Positions 51,901-64,000 of a stretch of DNA of 64,000 nt are shown in pieces. How positions within the stretch are numbered: position 1 is the first letter of the stretch; every line of letters begins with the position of its first letter. This DNA comes from Phoronis australis (lineage: Eukaryota > Animalia > Phoronida), in contig NMRA01000002.1 of the NCBI GenBank assembly GCA_002633005.1, positions 2,264,655 through 2,328,654 of the forward strand. Direction: 5' to 3'. The notes below the pieces were generated by a model that saw only the letters and a list, made by a program, of their open reading frames with translations, searched no databases and had not been told where the DNA came from. A program made the translations under genes and the position numbers.

Positions 51901-54900
51901 GAAATACGAAATATTGAGATCATTCCCGCAGACGCCAAATTTTGTGACATTCATGGTTTGCCTTACGGTGCAACATTTTTTCTATTGAATCAGCTCCTTC
52001 AGAAAACATCTGCCGCAGCTCTTCACGTACATGTATGATCGACAGTGGAGACAGAGAAGTCGGTAAACTGGAAGGTAGAAAAAAGCCAGGCGACGTTGTA
52101 GAAGTTCGACAGGAATTCATCCTCTCGTCAGGTATTGCTGAGTTCACTGACAATGATGACAGTAAGGAGAAACTCATGAAATTCGAAAGTAAATCCGTTG
52201 GAAGTGGTCACTTAGAAGACACCATAATGTCTGATTTCAATGATTCGACTGAGCCTACAGTTTCCTCTGCGATTGGGAAGACGTTTACACAGGACACACG
52301 ACGCTCCGCATCTGAGACTCTGAGCAGCAAATCAGGCAGCGTCGAAGGTATAAGCCCAGAAGATGCAAATCTGCACAGCTGTGCCAAGTTGTCCCTAGAT
52401 GCCGTTTCTTCTCATACTGCAAATCTTTTAGACTACACGTTTATACCTGAAACTGGCCAGAAGGACAATATAAAATTTCAGGGCAGCGGTCTGTCCAACA
52501 AACGTGTAGATACATGTATGCGAATCGACGACATTAAACCTTCTGTCACCACCCGGCCTCACACTTAGATTTCGTTTGGGACGTTGCATTTTCCAAAGAA
52601 TATTGAAATGCCCGTAATCAGTAAAGATAAAATTAATGTCACAAATCTTCAAGCTAAAAACGAACCAGAGGAGGTTGAGGATGCTCGCCTAGAAGACAAT
52701 AGATTGTCGCCTTTTGCACCCTTGCTTCAGTACGATTTTTGTTTTGCTGATGGGGACAATTCAATGGACATTGACTTCGACGGGAAATGTAAATCAATTA
52801 ATTATAATCAAATTAATAATAAGTCATGCATCACTGAGGGCATTCGTTCAGAAGACAAGAAGTTTGTGTACATGTACATGTATGTGCCTCTTAACGACGT
52901 TTCTTCTGTTTCAGAGGACACCCAGAGTATTGGTGATTTTACGGATAAATCAAATATTGAAAAACGAGAAGGACTTTTCAAGCGTTTGAAATCACGACTC
53001 AGACAAAATCGTCACGCGGTCAAGGACTGTGCTACTTCCTCTTCGAAGGCGCACAGTTTAGCCTCACGATGGCGGCGTTTGATGTGTTTTAGTGCTTGTG
53101 AAGACGAAAACACCTATGTCAGATTCTACGACTGATGGTCACGGACTGAAGCAAAAGCTCAATCTTGAGCGCCTTTTAAACACTTTTAACGTTTTTTATC
53201 TTAAAATGTACTGCACATGCGTGTATGTTTTGCAACCATCAAGTCTCTGCTGTGCACACATATTGAATGTCAATTGCACGAGGACAGGCAAAATAAATGA
53301 AAGTGCAGCTGCAAAGTGTATTTTAAGTGTGCTTAAGCTGAAAGCGCGTTGAAGGCTCTCTAACTCAGAGTTTAATGAAACACTTTTCTCTTGCCGCCTA
53401 TCTAGACTGACACCACAAGGCATGTTGCACAGCCATCTAGACACTGCATGTCAAGGTGAAAACTGACCAGACAATGCAGATCATTCGGGGCTTTGAGTCA
53501 GTAAAGAGAGTGCCATTAATTGTATGTATTTAGAGGCATGCATAACGCAGTCTCGTCGTTATAGAGCGTAGTAGCCAGCACACTAACTAGGGACAATTGG
53601 AATATCTGATCGCGTCAAAATTCCAAAATTTCGATAAACGCATATTGATTAACGACCCGGATTTAACTATCGTGTTTACTTATTGTCCACACAGTATGAG
53701 CGGAGAATAATCTGTTCAAATCGTCGATAATAGTTCCATAATATTACACCATTGCTATTTCGCGTTATAATATTGCCAACTTTTCCAAAATTGTATCATT
53801 TCACGCTAACAGAAGATGGAATCTAAACCCTTGTGATGGTACAAACTACATGTAACTGTCCGACCGAGGGAAAGTGAACGTTGGAGCCAGATTATTAGAG
53901 TTAATAAGGTGTTTTAGGTCGTTCATCTTAGGATTGTATAGGTGGATAGGAATAACCCCTTTATTAATACAGCAGCCTATAAAGTGAAATATCTTACAAA
54001 AAAGGCTCAACATACCTTTTTAAAACTAATGGCATTGTCCAAGATCTCGATGGTAGGCCTGTTGAGTGAATTCCTTTCTGTCGAACTGATGAAAAGGAAG
54101 CGCCAGAAAACAGATGTACCTGACCGCATCTAAGCATCGACCGTGGACTAACTTTAGGGTGTAAGAACTGCTTGAATTTTCTAACGTTTTGAATTTGGCA
54201 TTCAGTAAATTTTTCCTTTAACACCGAGAATCAACTCTTGCGTTGAATTTTCAATATTGAAAAAATCATGCAGCGACCCCTAGTTTAAAGAGGTAAGTAC
54301 CTAGTATTCATTCTCATTAATGATTCGTTTTAATTATTTATCATTGAGAATGAATAGGTGTTTATGGGCTGTTAAAAGCTCACTGGAATCTTCAGATGTG
54401 TTATTAGAAAATAATGCACATAAAAGAGAAGCTTATATCGGGATTTTCCGTAGATAAGCGCACGATGGGCGTTCATTTGTTGTTACAACTTCTGGTGTCA
54501 AGTGCCCGAGTAGTTGGGCGTTTATTCGGAAAATGCCCTCTTAAAGCCCACTCAGCGTCAACTTTTTGCCACAAATTCAGTTTTGTGGAGCATTTATCAC
54601 TTTTAAAAACGAACAAAGTGTTGGCGAACTATGCATTTATACACATAAAATTTAAAAACGTGAAATACATGAAAGCCAAAGTCGGCAAAACTATGACTTC
54701 TTTTAAAAGCCCCCTTTTCCGAATAAACGCCCGGGCGCTTATTTGGTATTACTAAAACGATTGAAATTTTTTTTATTTTCCAAATACACGCCCATGGGCT
54801 TATCTACGGAAAATCCCGGTACTGCAGTTCAGTGAATTGGCAATCTGGAGCGCAAAACTTGAGATTTAACAATGAAACTTGAGGAATAGTATGAAAGCAA

Positions 54901-57900
54901 GGTAACAAAATTCTGACATATTTAAAATGAAATTCGCCGCGACACTACATATATGCTTCAGGCAACGTCACAACGTAATCCTCGTCCCCTGCAACTGACC
55001 ACGACTTTCGCTGGACATCCTGGTAATGCCGGGTAAGGTCAATGTGTTGATTGTCAGTGAGTGGTGGAGAGGGGCTGCCGTTTGTCTCTGTACAAGCCTA
55101 GTGCAATGATGTGGTCAAATCTCGGAAGGGTGAAACGGAGGGTCCAGGTTTTGAAATTAGTCAATTTAGTCCGCTACAGAAGGTGAACCGTCCGTTCTCC
55201 TAATACGATATATACAGTGATGGAGCTTTTCAATAAATCGCACGACAACGTCACCATTGGTTTAATCAACTACTCCTGTCTTAATCGTCATCTTTTCCCC
55301 GTCGAGTGATGACATCGTATGTGAACGCTCCCTAAGCCGAAAATGACAAGCTCCTGGCCGTCGACTTCCTTGTTTAGAAAGTCAGGTAAATTGATTAGCC
55401 TAACATAAACTACAGTAGGTGTCGCATCAGTGCTTCGCATTTAGCGAGAATTACCCGAGATTATAAATTTGTTGCCGATAACCAGCGGACATCAAACTAC
55501 TGTGACGAGGGGACCAATATATTGCGCCAGTTGGGACGGTAGAGCTGTAGTGGGGCGAAGGCGCACGTAGGCGCAGCCAACTACCTTTTGGCATTTGAAC
55601 GTAGCGTCTACTCACCATAAGTTACGTTCAGTGCTCAGTGAGATACGGTGGGCTTTGGGAGCCTACTAATTACTGTACCTCTAATTTTACCACTACAGCA
55701 CTGCGCGACACCACACTAAACAGTACACAAGGGTCCGTTTTATCAAAGCTCGTAATATTAGTACGGTGAGCACAGTTCATTAAAGTGTCTCGTTACTACT
55801 GTCGTTAAGCATGTACAGTCTACGGGGTAATTTAGTATCGTTAGTTACTGCGAAACACTTGTATAAAAACGCATCGTCGCATTTTCAATAATGCAGCTAC
55901 TGTCGTCTTACATGCACCTGTGATAGGACTTACGATAAAATGGACCAACGAACTCGAACTTTTAAAAAGCTGACATAAACAGAGGAAACGTTTGATGACT
56001 TACACGTGGTTAATATCCAGACAATTGATAGGCCCAATTTAACAAGGCGTGACGTGCCTTTCTTGTTGTCAAAGGATTTCTTCTTTTTATCACCAACTTC
56101 TTTTATTTTCTGAAAGGCAGACAGGTACAATTGTTAAATTATGGAACATTGCCTACAAATGTCAGAAGTCGTAACTTTTGCTAAAATAAATGAAACGAGC
56201 ATTGGGGAGAGCGGGATTGGATACAAGCTACATGTCTGTGAGCACTGTCTTAAGCCATGCCAAAATATACTATCCCTGATCAGAACGTTTTCAAGATTGC
56301 AACACATTCACAGATTTGTTCTTTTAAAAAGCCTGAAGCATATCTTTCAATAACTTCATTTATAGTGGGACATCTGCAAATGCCTTTGCCGCCGTAAGAT
56401 CTTACGGTGCAAAAACTGGTCGCGAGGACGTGATAACCGGTGACAATGGTCAAGAAGACAGGAATGTCGATGACGTAGATGATACGGAAGACATAGTACG
56501 GATGATGGTGGCGACCAGCATTGATAAAGGCGAAATGATATATAATGTCAAAAGCAATGCTTCTATGGGTAAAATGTTTATATTGATAAGGACATGAACT
56601 ACAACGGGAAGAAGATCGTTTCTAAAAACTATCGGTCTCTTCACACCAACCTCTAGCCTTTTTAAATTTGCATGACTTTTCGGTCGATCGTTACTCACGC
56701 CATCTTCAGGGTTGCCACGTTCTTAGAGGACCACACATTCATGGGTGTTACTTTCCGCTGGTACAAAACAGGGTAAAAACCCCGAAAAGAAAGGTCGCGC
56801 CAATGTAGATAGGCTAGAGGTTGGTGCAAGTAGACTGATAGATTTAAGAAATGATGCTGTCATGTGACCACCACCTCAAAGCGATTTTAAGACGTTACTA
56901 TGGTAATGGCGGCGATTGTGGTTGAGACGATGACGAAGAGGACGGTAATATGAGCATGATGATTGCAACGACGATGACAGTGATATTGTGGAAGGTGATG
57001 ATATGAAAGTGATAGTGGTGACGATATTCGTGGTATTGTGGACGACGCTGATACATGGAGGTGATGACGACCACGATGGCCATGATATTGTGGACGACAA
57101 TGATATGATGGTGATGAGGGAGGACACGGGTGATGGTGACGATGATGGCAACTATGAAGATTGTTCTTCTTGTCAATAGCATTTTCTTACCTTCAAAACT
57201 ATAAGAATAACCACACAAGAAACGCCAAGAATGACGTCCCAGTAACTGAAATAAAGAAATTCCATAACACGTTTTTCGCCATTTCATGGACATTTCATTG
57301 TAAGTTATCGTCCAAGGGTTTCCAATTAATCTTAGCAGTTGTACAAATATGCCAATCAAATTCTGAAACCAATTAGTTTATACTGAACTAAAATTGCACA
57401 ATAACATCCTTACTTCGTTTCCGTTATTCGTCGAAAGAGTTCATACACACTGGTATGGAACATTCTAGGAAGTTTCCTGATGCCTGACATTTTCTGAAAG
57501 TAAATAATCTTGAGAAATGTATATTTTGGCAGTATTTTAAATGGAATACTACAAACAATGCCTGTTGGACTTAAAGTTCGCGAATAAACACCTGTTCAAT
57601 TAGCCTTCCTGACATAACTTTTCGTAACAGTGAAACATCACTTTAAACTTAGCATAGTATCTGAAACTTTCATATAAATTCAATCAGCCATTTCTAAGGA
57701 TTATGTCCAGCCAAATTTGGGATTTTTATAGAGACTCTCATGACTCTGTCCGAAGGATAGCATTGATCCTTCATAGGTATTCATATACATGATGTCGTCA
57801 TCGATTGTTTACAAAACGCATTTCAAACAACTTTACCTTGATTTGTCCCCACGAGATCAACAAAGCCGCTGCTGATATGAAGGCTGACAGCACGGGATGT

Positions 57901-60900
57901 GAAATAAAGTTGACGGCAAAACCTGCAGGGGAAGTGGTTTGCAGTGTACGTTGATCGAATGCAACTATTCCTGCCATTGTGATTCAAGGACCACAAACTC
58001 GTTTCTTTGGGAGCTTGTTCAGCGACTCTAAGTAACACTGGTGCTTAATTCTGGAGTAGTCATTTTTGCACACTATCTTATTGGCGTAGAAAGTATATTA
58101 GCCGGAAACTAACAGTTGTGACGTCATATTTTACTTCACAACGAGGCAACACATGTGCAGCATGGCTGCGCAATACACAATAGTAAACTTAAGTTTTGCG
58201 TCGCACTGCATGAATTTGTGTACATGTATGTGACCTGTTAAGCAATTAACAAGCTATGTGACACATCTCTTCTTTAAATGTAGTTTGACCTGCAAATATA
58301 CATTTAACGTTTAGGCGTATTCGGTTTTGATAGGCCCATGTGAAATAACCCACGTTTGTGTAAAGTAATACCGACTTCATTATAGGCCTGGTCTAGTTTA
58401 TAACGATAACTGAACAACTGACCCTTTTTAGCAAAAAAATAACCAGCTATGTCCAAAAATGTTTGGGAGTCGGTCACGTTTGTAAAATAGCACAAATTTT
58501 TGAAATTTCATTCAACTTGAAATACAGTAAGGGCACTCACGACTTTAGGTACACGTGTCCTACATGTTGTTCATATTGCATTTCAAAAAAATCTAAACAT
58601 GTTTTACCCAGGTTGAATATTCCGATTGCCACTTGCACGACCCCCGTCATCAAAGTCAGAATGACGATGTAAGTTGCGTTTCCTTTGATAGGTGTCTCTC
58701 CGAACTGCAGAGCTAAGATAGCCATTACAGCTGTCGGTCCAAGAGTCACATCTTTGGACGACCCCAGAATGCAATAGACGAAACAACTCATGAACCCTGT
58801 GTAGAGACCATACTGTAAAAGAAAAGCCCTAACGCTATATACTTCTAAAATGAGTTATTCTATGCCAAACATAGGCTCTAATAAAACAACAGGTCCTTAG
58901 CAAACACTTTGAGCAATTGAACAGTAGACCACTCACGAAATGAAGGCCACCGTGTCACCACAGTGTCCCCATATCCAGCAGTATTGCAATCACACAATTT
59001 ATTGTGTAGGCAAGCTATAATTTTACAGTCTTTGAGTGCTCTTTATTCGCACCTCAACTGGTCCAAGATACCAACATTTGCTTCTCTTAGTTTGTCCGGA
59101 CGATGAACATTTGTTTGTGGATATGATAAGATGCTTGTATAACTTCATAATTCCCGCGAGTAAATAAATGTTAAGATTTCAGTTCTGTAGTTTTGTAATT
59201 AAAAAATTAAGTTGTGCGTTGTTTTGATAATGCTAGTATTTGAGGTCCATCAACAAAAATAGTCCCGACGTCACTGTACGAGCGAACGGCAACAACAAGA
59301 TCAGTGTAACCTGACTGTTGGAAAGTAATAAGAATGAGGGAGCATCTTCGACACCTGATGACTAAATAACAAAATGATGACTAATTTTATGATACTGAAT
59401 ACTATTCCATACGATTCTATTTTGCATCCACAAAGCTTTTTCAGTGTTCACAATTATCTTGTAATAAAGGCAGCTCGGCGTCGATTTTCAGTCATCGTCT
59501 GCTCAGTGACCGTCATCGGCAGAATAACCTTGAAAGGACCGGGGCAGGCCATGGTACACACGCACATTCATTCACTTCAACTCAATACGTGTTATATCAA
59601 ACCTACTAAATTGACAAACTGGGTGGTTATCAGGTGTCACTAATTATGAAAATCTGTATTAAACCCGTGCTTTTTGTCAGAAATCACGTTCTGATTAAGT
59701 CCACTTTCCCTTGTGAAATTGGACTCAAATTGTTTAAAATAGATGTGAGTTCCGGGCTTGGCAATCACTGACACGTCAAGCTCATATAATTTCAGGTGAA
59801 ACCGGTGATCGGAAATTGAGCATGGTCTGATTAAATAACCGTCCTTCCTTTGACCAGATTGCACTTCTCAACAGTGTAAGGGAAAAGACAAGGCCAACTT
59901 CATAACTATAAGAATCATAAGTTAAAACTAATCTTTGGAAGGAAACAAAGAGTTAATGTCGTTTTAAGGCGAAAAGAGCTGAGTCAACTGTTGCTATGTA
60001 AAGTTTTAAAAACACAGTTCTCGAACACATCAGTCAGTAGAATTTTCGACATATTCTTGCAATGTCTTCCTAAAGTTGATTTGAGTTGGTTATGTGGTAA
60101 ATCTAAAATCTATTGGTCTATTCACACCAACCTCTGGCCGTTATATTGGGTAAGTGTTTCTGTAGATGGTTTCTCCATCTTCAGGTCACGGTTGCGGTTA
60201 GTACTTGGACGAACTAGTACGAGACGGTGTATGGTACAATGATGGCGGTGAATGATGAGGACTCTTTCATTATTCTTTTCTTGGTGCAGCCTGAGTTTTA
60301 ACTTGGAACTTTTCTATTGTCAGTCTAGTCCTCTAACCACTACAGAGTACCATGCAGTACACTTACATGTATGATAGTACTTCTAACCAAACAACGCCCT
60401 TAGCTGCTAAAGATAGCGAGACTGATGGGAACGCAGTGTGAATGCAAAAAATAGAAATTAGCGTAAACAGACAAATAAATTTTAGAAATGATGTTATATT
60501 CCTGCAAGTTATTCCCAATGGGATTGTAACTGTATGCTTTAATTGTTCCTGCGGTACGTTACTTACCTGCGGTGGCAAATCAGCGATCTGTGCAAGCGCA
60601 AGAGATTGGGGAACAACTATAAGCGCCACAGTGAGACCAGCTATGATGTCGTTTATCAGAAACGAGGCCCTAAAAATTTGAGAATGTTAGATCTTTTAAT
60701 GAAAAATATACCCCTTAACGATGCGTATTAGACAAAACAAAAGCATAGAGTGTAGTTGGTTCTGGTCTTTACCCCGACTCATTTTGAGACCCCCGCTCAC
60801 CAACTACGAAAGGACGCCCTACTCCATACACTGTAAATTTCAACCAACCGGTCTCGTGTTATTTTAGTCTGAAAAGCTACATGCAAGTAGCGATAAGCAA

Positions 60901-63226
60901 GGTTTGAAACGACATAATTTGCTAAGTGGTGTAAAAAACAAATCCAGCATAAATTTTCTCGTCTGAGCTGAATCTTCATTTTAGAAAACTAAAGAATACG
61001 TTACCACACCGTTTGGGCCTTAATTCGAAGGTAAAAAGAAATCTCAAACTGTTACTGTTAAACTAATGAACTAAAGTTATTATGCACATCTGTTTTGTGT
61101 CCATAATTAATAAATTTTGCAAGTGAGCAGCTTATCCGATTTGTATTCCCATCATAAAAAAATATTTTACATGAAGATATTGATAGACTCAATATCTGTT
61201 CGTATTGTACATTGTAAAACGAACTGCTGCCATGCTTTGTCAGGTTTTTTAACTAAAATTAGACAAATATTTTCTTCGAAAATCGTAGTTGGGCTCCAAT
61301 TTTCACATCTTAAATCCGATAAAGCTTGAACGACGGACAGACGGTGAGAACGTTATTGCTTCCGTCCTTTTCGACGAGCAATACGTAGCAAAAAGATTTG
61401 AATTATTTTCATGGACTTGATTTTGCTGTGTTTTTGACATACTCAGCCTCGCTGATGGTATTTCGTTTCGTGTCTGTTACGGTACAAGTAAATTAATTTT
61501 ACATTTAAAGCCCTGGGGAGAACAACTGCAACTCAATCGACCGTAACAAGCATTCCAAAACGCTTATGAGAATAGTTTGTGTGACAAACATCAAATACCT
61601 TGTATGAAAAGTTTTAAAAATGGAATAATCTGCAATTGAAATATCATCAATTTTAATTTGTGCAGCCGGGAACAATGAATTAAAATTAATGATCGCCCCT
61701 GTTTTGCTGTCCGTCTTGTTGAATTCTTTACCGCTCTGTGTGATTAAAACAACTACACGAACCAAATTAGCAGGCAACTTCAGGCACAGCACAGGCAACG
61801 CTTTGAACATGAGCCATTTACCCTACATTTGGGGTTGGTCAATCTCAATAAATTGTGAAGTATTTTCCTTAGTCGTCGATGACTTCACTGTTCTTCGTAT
61901 TGACGGGAATAGAATCCTAGCTTCCGTTTTCAGCCAGCCAAACAGGGCGAATTGTAATTTAAATATAGAAGTAAATGTATAAAACTTGCGAAAACGATAT
62001 ATCTCACAAGTCTTCGCGACTCTTCGCGCCTTATTACCAGCAAAACAAGGGATAGCTTTTCTCGAGAGTGCCTTGCACCTGCGGATACCTGCGTGTATTT
62101 ATAAACTGTTCATGTTCCCTTAGAGCAGTTCCTATGCAGCATACATGTACATGTATATGTAATTACGGATTGTGTACATGAGGCTGGAGAGGTGTAGAGT
62201 TACAGTCAGTTAGAAAGCAATAAAAGATCTCCGGTGGTTATCGACTTTTTGTATGTACTAGTTCGCAATGAAAATAATGAAATTCCTATTTACATGTACA
62301 GAGTATCACAACTTGAGATGTTAACACAAAGTACACTGAAACACGAATGTCAGAGAATGATTTTTTCTGAATTAGTATTATGTTTTGTATCAATAATAAT
62401 ACTAGGGTTTCCTTTCCAAGGCATAGCACTGAAAAATGTCACAGTTGACCTAATCACACCGAAACGACCAGTGGACAAAAATCTTCATGCGTTGCACAAC
62501 TAAATGTATTCCAGCCTTCGCATAATGACCCGCATATGATTTGCTTTTTAATGAATGACAGTGGATAGAATACAGCTACAATAGCAGAAAACATGGAAGT
62601 TGTTCTCAACCTTGGCATATCCATCTTGTTGAAATATGGTTGATACCCACTTTGCAGTTGCACAGCTGGCTTCGTTTTTGTTAAAACTCAGGTTTCTTTT
62701 TGCGATTAGCGTCAGCTGTGGCTAGTTTTCATACTTCGGACGGCAAAAATTGGAATTTCCCAAAATAAAATAATTCCCCAGTAAAACTATATCCTGATAC
62801 TCTTATTTGAAAATATCTTTGTTCACATTTTTAGGGTCACCCAGTACACATTTACATGTACCTTTGATAAAACTTACTTTGATGAGACACACAATAAACT
62901 CGATTCTTTCTCAAAATAGGTTTATTAGGGTTGCGTGCGGTATGCTATAGAACGACCAACCTCTCAGTAATGCATGATAATAGGAGATCGTAAACATTGT
63001 ACCGGCTTTGCACGCTACATATGGCGAAGCGTCGACCTCAGTCTAGGACTTTTTTACCTGTATGTAGGAAGCCAGGTAGTTATTGGCACCTTTCTTTTCA
63101 GATTCTCTACGGAACAGGCTTCTTTAGACCATGTGACTGCACTCTTTGCCACGGCACGTGCTCTCTTATTCAATACTTCTCGCCTTCTTTGAAAACGGGG
63201 CACATCATTTCCAGTTATCTCTATAG
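42938..63226 (-). CDS. SLC26A11: SLC26A11-like sodium-independent sulfate/anion transporter with STAS domain; 16 exons found, start-codon exon not located
   Basis: Exons: 63058-63226 (KVPITTWLPTYR), 60567-60669 (DIIAGLTVALIVVPQSLALA..LPPQ), 58608-58812 (YGLY..GSSKDVTLGPTA), 57837-57922, 57414-57493, 57191-57245, 56004-56109, 48208-48389, 46947-47019 (ILESVAIGK), 46480-46591 (IDANQE..ASFSR), 45630-45826 (YYIPSAALAAVII), 45313-45371, 44848-44979, 44615-44711, 44143-44276 (VVLDFTHVSNIDFTG, STAS), 42938-43156 (stop). All GT-AG and phase-consistent, about 668 codons. The symbol indicates the closest subfamily, not proven orthology. Confidence 0.93.
50817..53135 (+). pseudogene. Nested antisense gene or pseudogene in the SLC26 intron: acidic protein with an N-terminal hydrophobic segment and three internal repeats
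   Basis: ORF pieces 50817-51803, 51805-52038, 52035-52568 and 52584-53135. The repeat RNKPxDVxxVxQExI..xGFADxxxxxEKxxKxxS occurs three times. Two compensating frameshifts (or an intron at 51724-52002) and an in-frame TAG at 52566. Confidence 0.65.
54438..54819. mobile_element. Tc1/mariner-pogo-type MITE with TA TSD; second copy at ~49510-49880
   Basis: TA-tcgggattttccgtagataagc ... gcttatctacggaaaatcccgg-TA. Internal sequence is collinear with 49510-49880. Confidence 0.8.
56615..56855. mobile_element. MITE with ~45-bp TIRs embedded in a GAT/GAC-rich low-complexity tract (56430-57160)
   Basis: atcgtttctaaaaactatcggtctcttcacaccaacctctagcct ... aggctagaggttggtgcaagtagactgatagatttaagaaatgat. 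Confidence 0.65.
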
Positions 63227-64000
63227 CTGCAAAGTAAGTTAACATATGAACTATCTTGAGTCGGTCATTATATACATGGCTGCAACTATACACTGCTTCG
63301 ACTAGTGTGGACCCACTCCGATAGCCATAAGTTGCCGGAAATATGTTGAGAAATAGCACCCATAAAAACGACGTGACTCCTACGTTGTACAGGTGTATGC
63401 ACTGGCCATTTCAAATGACGGTCAACTGAGAGATAACGAAATAATAACTCATTACAATAAATTTCTTCATTGCACAAAACCTTCAAGTACTAAAGTGGGT
63501 CTTAGTGTATATGTTGGCAGTTTCATGCACGACCGGAGTTAGTGTAGAATTAAAGAATTGTGTTAGCTGTTTTGGAAAAACTTAAGTTTGCATTTAAAAC
63601 ATTTTAAATAAAACTGCATATTGCATGATTTCAAAAGGTTCATCGTTGTACACACATGGTAAAATGCAGTATCACCTCTTATTCTTTGGAGTTTATCTCA
63701 GATTAAGTGTAACCGCCAGGCGCGCTTCATCATCATACGAAATCATTGCAAACTAGTCGAATTTACGTTTACGCACTCTAAGCGATGTATTTTAAATGTT
63801 CCTTTGAAGAACAAAATGTTGACCAGCACGATACAAACTTCAAACCATTGCTAAGTCCAATATTTAGAACTGAGATAAACTTAGATATAGCAAAAAAATT
63901 AAAGGACGGTTGTATCTTAGAAAACGCATATTTAAGGTTTTGAAAAAAGGACTTCGAATCGCAGGAATAGGGTAGACGAGTAAGAAACTAACATGAGAAT

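Noticed and set aside
56876-57359. His/Ser/Asp-rich ORFs in the ORF track
   Set aside because: They are translations of a GAT/GAC simple repeat in an SLC26 intron. The real exon here is 57191-57245 in another frame.

Overview
AT-rich, intron-containing animal genomic DNA from a draft assembly, probably a lophotrochozoan invertebrate (inference from gene structure and repeat types). It is not prokaryotic and contains no CRISPR array. Minus strand: a complete 11-exon SLC22/Orct-like organic cation transporter (10436-25971, 578 aa); exon 1 of a tandem paralog (3526-3668); an intronless, secreted/GPI-type two-Ig-domain gene (32984-33895); a decayed Gypsy retrotransposon with nested DNA transposons (34701-37250); and a 16-exon SLC26A11-like anion transporter (42938-63226, 5' end not found). 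The 7.6-kb intron of the SLC26 gene hosts an opposite-strand acidic repeat-protein gene or pseudogene (50817-53135). Several near-identical duplications next to N characters look like uncollapsed haplotypes. The strongest unexplained signal is a large excess of TACATGTA (about 40 copies counted by eye versus about 2 expected). Allele, paralog and dead-ORF comparisons show it arises as CATGTA or CTGTA insertions at TA sites, the signature of Tc1/mariner excision footprints. All coordinates and alignments were read by eye.
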